Assembly: GCA_035549295.1 (NCBI GenBank)
Contig: DASZRG010000051.1
Coordinates: forward strand, 17,841-81,840
DNA: 64,000 nt
Direction of reading: 5' to 3'
Source of the DNA: Patescibacteria group bacterium
GTDB taxonomy: Bacteria; Patescibacteriota; Microgenomatia; Levybacterales; GWA1-39-11
Shown here piece after piece: positions 62,042-64,000 of the stretch. The stretch's first letter is position 1; every line of letters begins with the position of its first letter. The translations under genes and the position numbers were made by a program. The notes beneath the pieces were generated by a model that was given only the letters and a program-made list of their open reading frames with translations, did no database searches and was not told the DNA's origin.

Positions 62042-64000
62042 ATGAATATCGGGTTTTTTACAGACGGCTATCTGCCTCAGCAAGACGGTGTTGTTACGAG
62101 TGTTCTTGAAAGCGTGCGCGAGCTCGAGCGCCGCGGTCATACGGTAACAATCGTTGCTCCGAAATTCCCCGGATATACAGATCGCAACAAAAATGTCATC
62201 AGGCTCACTTCGTTTAAAATTAACACTCTTCCCGAAATCCGCCTTGCGCTAAATCTTCCAGATCGCGGTATGAGAAAAATCATGTCGATGGACTTTGATA
62301 TTATTCATGGACACGCAGGAGGACCCGTAACGCTAATTGGATGGGAGCTTGCTCGAGTAAAAAAGATCCCTATGATTATGACGTACCATACTATGTGGAG
62401 TCGCTATACTCACTACTTCATGAGGGGTAAGGTTATCAAGCCTAAAATGATGGAGCAGGTGACGAAGATATTTAGTAATAGAATTGATCACATTGTTGCT
62501 CCCACCAGGCGAGTCGAACGAGACCTCAAGTCATATGGGGTTAAGCGGCCAATAAGTGTAATTCCCTCGGGAATCGATGTGGAAAGCTTTAGGAGTGCGC
62601 CTCATGGTTTTTTGAGAAAGCTCATAAAAAACGATAAAGATCCAATCGTACTTTTTGTTGGAAGACTTGGCAGAGAAAAGTCTGTTGACCACTTAATAAG
62701 CAGCTTCAGGCATGTCATATTGGAGATTCCATCAGCAAGGCTCGTTATAGTTGGTGATGGAGTTGACAGAAAGAAGCTCGAGCAAATGGCAAAGAAACTT
62801 AAAGTCGATAAAAGCGTTATTTTTGCGGGAAAAATTAACAACTTCAAAATGCATCTTGTATATAAAGATGCGTCTGTCTTTGCTTTTGCTTCGAGAACCG
62901 AAACCCAAGGGTTGGTTGTTTGGGAGGCTTTGGCGTCTGGGGTACCCGTTGTTGCCGTTGATGACCCGGCTTACGAATGCGTGAAGGATGGCGTAAATGG
63001 GTATCTGGTGAAGGGAGGCGTAAGTGATTTTGCAAACAAAATAACGAGTATTCTTAAGGACTCTGAGCTACACGAAAAAATGTCTATTGCAGCTTCGGAA
63101 TCAGTCGAAAAATATTCGGTTACGGAAACCGTAAACTCGCTTGAGAACATATATTTTGATCTTCTCGAGGAGCACAACAAAGAAAGCGTAAGGCAAATAA
63201 GCGTAACTAACGAACGAGCAGAGAATGCATTTATTATCAATTCGGCATTTTGGGCAACGATCCTTCTTGTTCGCACGGCAACTCTACTCTTCCATCAGGG
63301 ATATATGTATCCTACGATAAATATCTTGGGACAGTCATTTTTCCACTCAGAGATCGGAATCTTTTTGTTGCTTCTTGCGATGTCCCAGGTTGTAAATAGG
63401 CGTAAGCCCGGATTTTTTACCTTAATTCTTTTTGGCGCAGCCACCGCACTGATCATAGATGAGGTTTGGGCAGTTCTACTGGGGCATGCAACGATTAGAG
63501 ACTATTGGAGCGCATTCAATTTGATGCCCATAATTACCGCTGGAGTTGTGAGTGGTCTATTCACGACAACAAATCTTGACGAAAGGCCTCAATTCTATAT
63601 CAATACTCGAGAGCAAAAGCACGAGAATCCCGAAAAGCCAAAGGTTAGCGTGGTTATACCAGCATATAATGAGGGCCAGTTTATTGCGCCAACTCTAAAA
63701 AGCCTACTCAACCAAAGCTACAAGAATTTTGAGATCATTGTTGTTGATAACAATTCAACAGATGACACGCGACAAGTCGCCGCGCACTTTGGGGCACGCG
63801 TTGTGCTTGAGCGAAAAAAAGGAGTCGCGGCAGCTCGTCAGGCGGGGTTTTTGTCTGCTCGGGGTGAAATAATTGCCTCAACCGATGCCGACTCTGTGGT
63901 TCCGGAAAACTGGCTGAGTAAAATCGTTGACAAATATGACCACGAGGATATTGTTGGCCTCGCGGGGGTTAACAATCTCTATTCGGGAGCGGTTGCCGCT
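62042..64000 (+). CDS. Multi-domain glycosyltransferase: GT4 (GT-B) domain, TM segment, then GT2 (GT-A) domain; 3'-truncated by window edge
   Basis: The frame is open for 653 codons to the window end. The N-terminal GT4 part has 'VVTSVLESVRELERRGHTVTIVAP' and 'ASRTETQGLVVWEALASGVPVVAVDD' (EX7E-like). Hydrophobic helices follow at residues ~400-520. Then comes 'VSVVIPAYNEGQFIAPTLKSLLNQSYKNFEIIVVDNNSTDDT', a classic GT2 start. Confidence 0.65.
   Translation, partial: MNIGFFTDGYLPQQDGVVTSVLESVRELERRGHTVTIVAPKFPGYTDRNKNVIRLTSFKINTLPEIRLALNLPDRGMRKIMSMDFDIIHGHAGGPVTLIGWELARVKKIPMIMTYHTMWSRYTHYFMRGKVIKPKMMEQVTKIFSNRIDHIVAPTRRVERDLKSYGVKRPISVIPSGIDVESFRSAPHGFLRKLIKNDKDPIVLFVGRLGREKSVDHLISSFRHVILEIPSARLVIVGDGVDRKKLEQMAKKLKVDKSVIFAGKINNFKMHLVYKDASVFAFASRTETQGLVVWEALASGVPVVAVDDPAYECVKDGVNGYLVKGGVSDFANKITSILKDSELHEKMSIAASESVEKYSVTETVNSLENIYFDLLEEHNKESVRQISVTNERAENAFIINSAFWATILLVRTATLLFHQGYMYPTINILGQSFFHSEIGIFLLLLAMSQVVNRRKPGFFTLILFGAATALIIDEVWAVLLGHATIRDYWSAFNLMPIITAGVVSGLFTTTNLDERPQFYINTREQKHENPEKPKVSVVIPAYNEGQFIAPTLKSLLNQSYKNFEIIVVDNNSTDDTRQVAAHFGARVVLERKKGVAAARQAGFLSARGEIIASTDADSVVPENWLSKIVDKYDHEDIVGLAGVNNLYSGAVAA

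Overview
This 64 kb window comes from a moderately AT-rich bacterial chromosome whose gene content (FemAB, LCP, SpoIID/LytB, M23 and C39 proteins, many small two-TM secreted or membrane proteins, tight gene packing, several near-leaderless promoters) looks like a small-genome Gram-positive-type or Patescibacteria/CPR-like organism. That placement is an inference. It spans the replication origin region: dnaA and dnaN on the minus strand at 59.3-61.9 kb, each with a perfect DnaA box nearby. Housekeeping genes I can support: tpiA, a UvrD/PcrA-type helicase, a HrpA-like DEAH helicase, smpB followed directly by a tmRNA gene, nrdR, a Crp/Fnr regulator, an MFS transporter, comF, an LCP protein, a FemAB protein, and a GT4-GT2 glycosyltransferase fusion running off the 3' end of the window. 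There are three tRNAs: Ser-TGA and Ser-GCT on the minus strand bracketing a free-standing LAGLIDADG endonuclease gene, and a tRNA with a TAT anticodon that is most simply Ile-UAU. The most notable content is a dispersed Gram-positive-type type IV secretion/pilus-like system. It has a TrwB/VirD4-like coupling ATPase (22.7-25.1 kb), a VirB6/TrbL-like polytopic protein next to a 1306-aa giant soluble protein (36.5-42.6 kb), and a compact locus at 43.8-59.3 kb. That locus encodes an AAA+/OmpR-wHTH regulator, four VirB2-like two-TM pilin paralogs (one fused to a ~370-aa extracellular domain), a coiled-coil protein, a PrgI/VirB3-like protein, a VirB4 N-domain paralog, a VirB4 ATPase and an SLT-like+M23 cell-wall hydrolase. 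Non-coding structure is unusually rich. A REP-like hairpin element of about 60 nt is present in three copies plus one partial copy. A tandem GTATCAAG octamer recurs at seven or more intergenic sites and often supplies the -35 of TTGAYA-N17-TATAAT promoters placed only 6-8 nt from the ATG, which implies leaderless mRNAs. A TATTCGCRTAGCGTAT motif plus CCGAAT clusters are shared by T4SS-related promoters. A (GAATCAG)n heptamer microsatellite sits in a divergent promoter. Two long perfect palindromes lie at 9273-9302 and 14727-14751. A DnaA-box cluster sits away from dnaA at 34.4 kb. I saw no CRISPR array, rRNA or obvious transposase. All functional calls rest on motif recognition by eye and need profile or structure searches to confirm.
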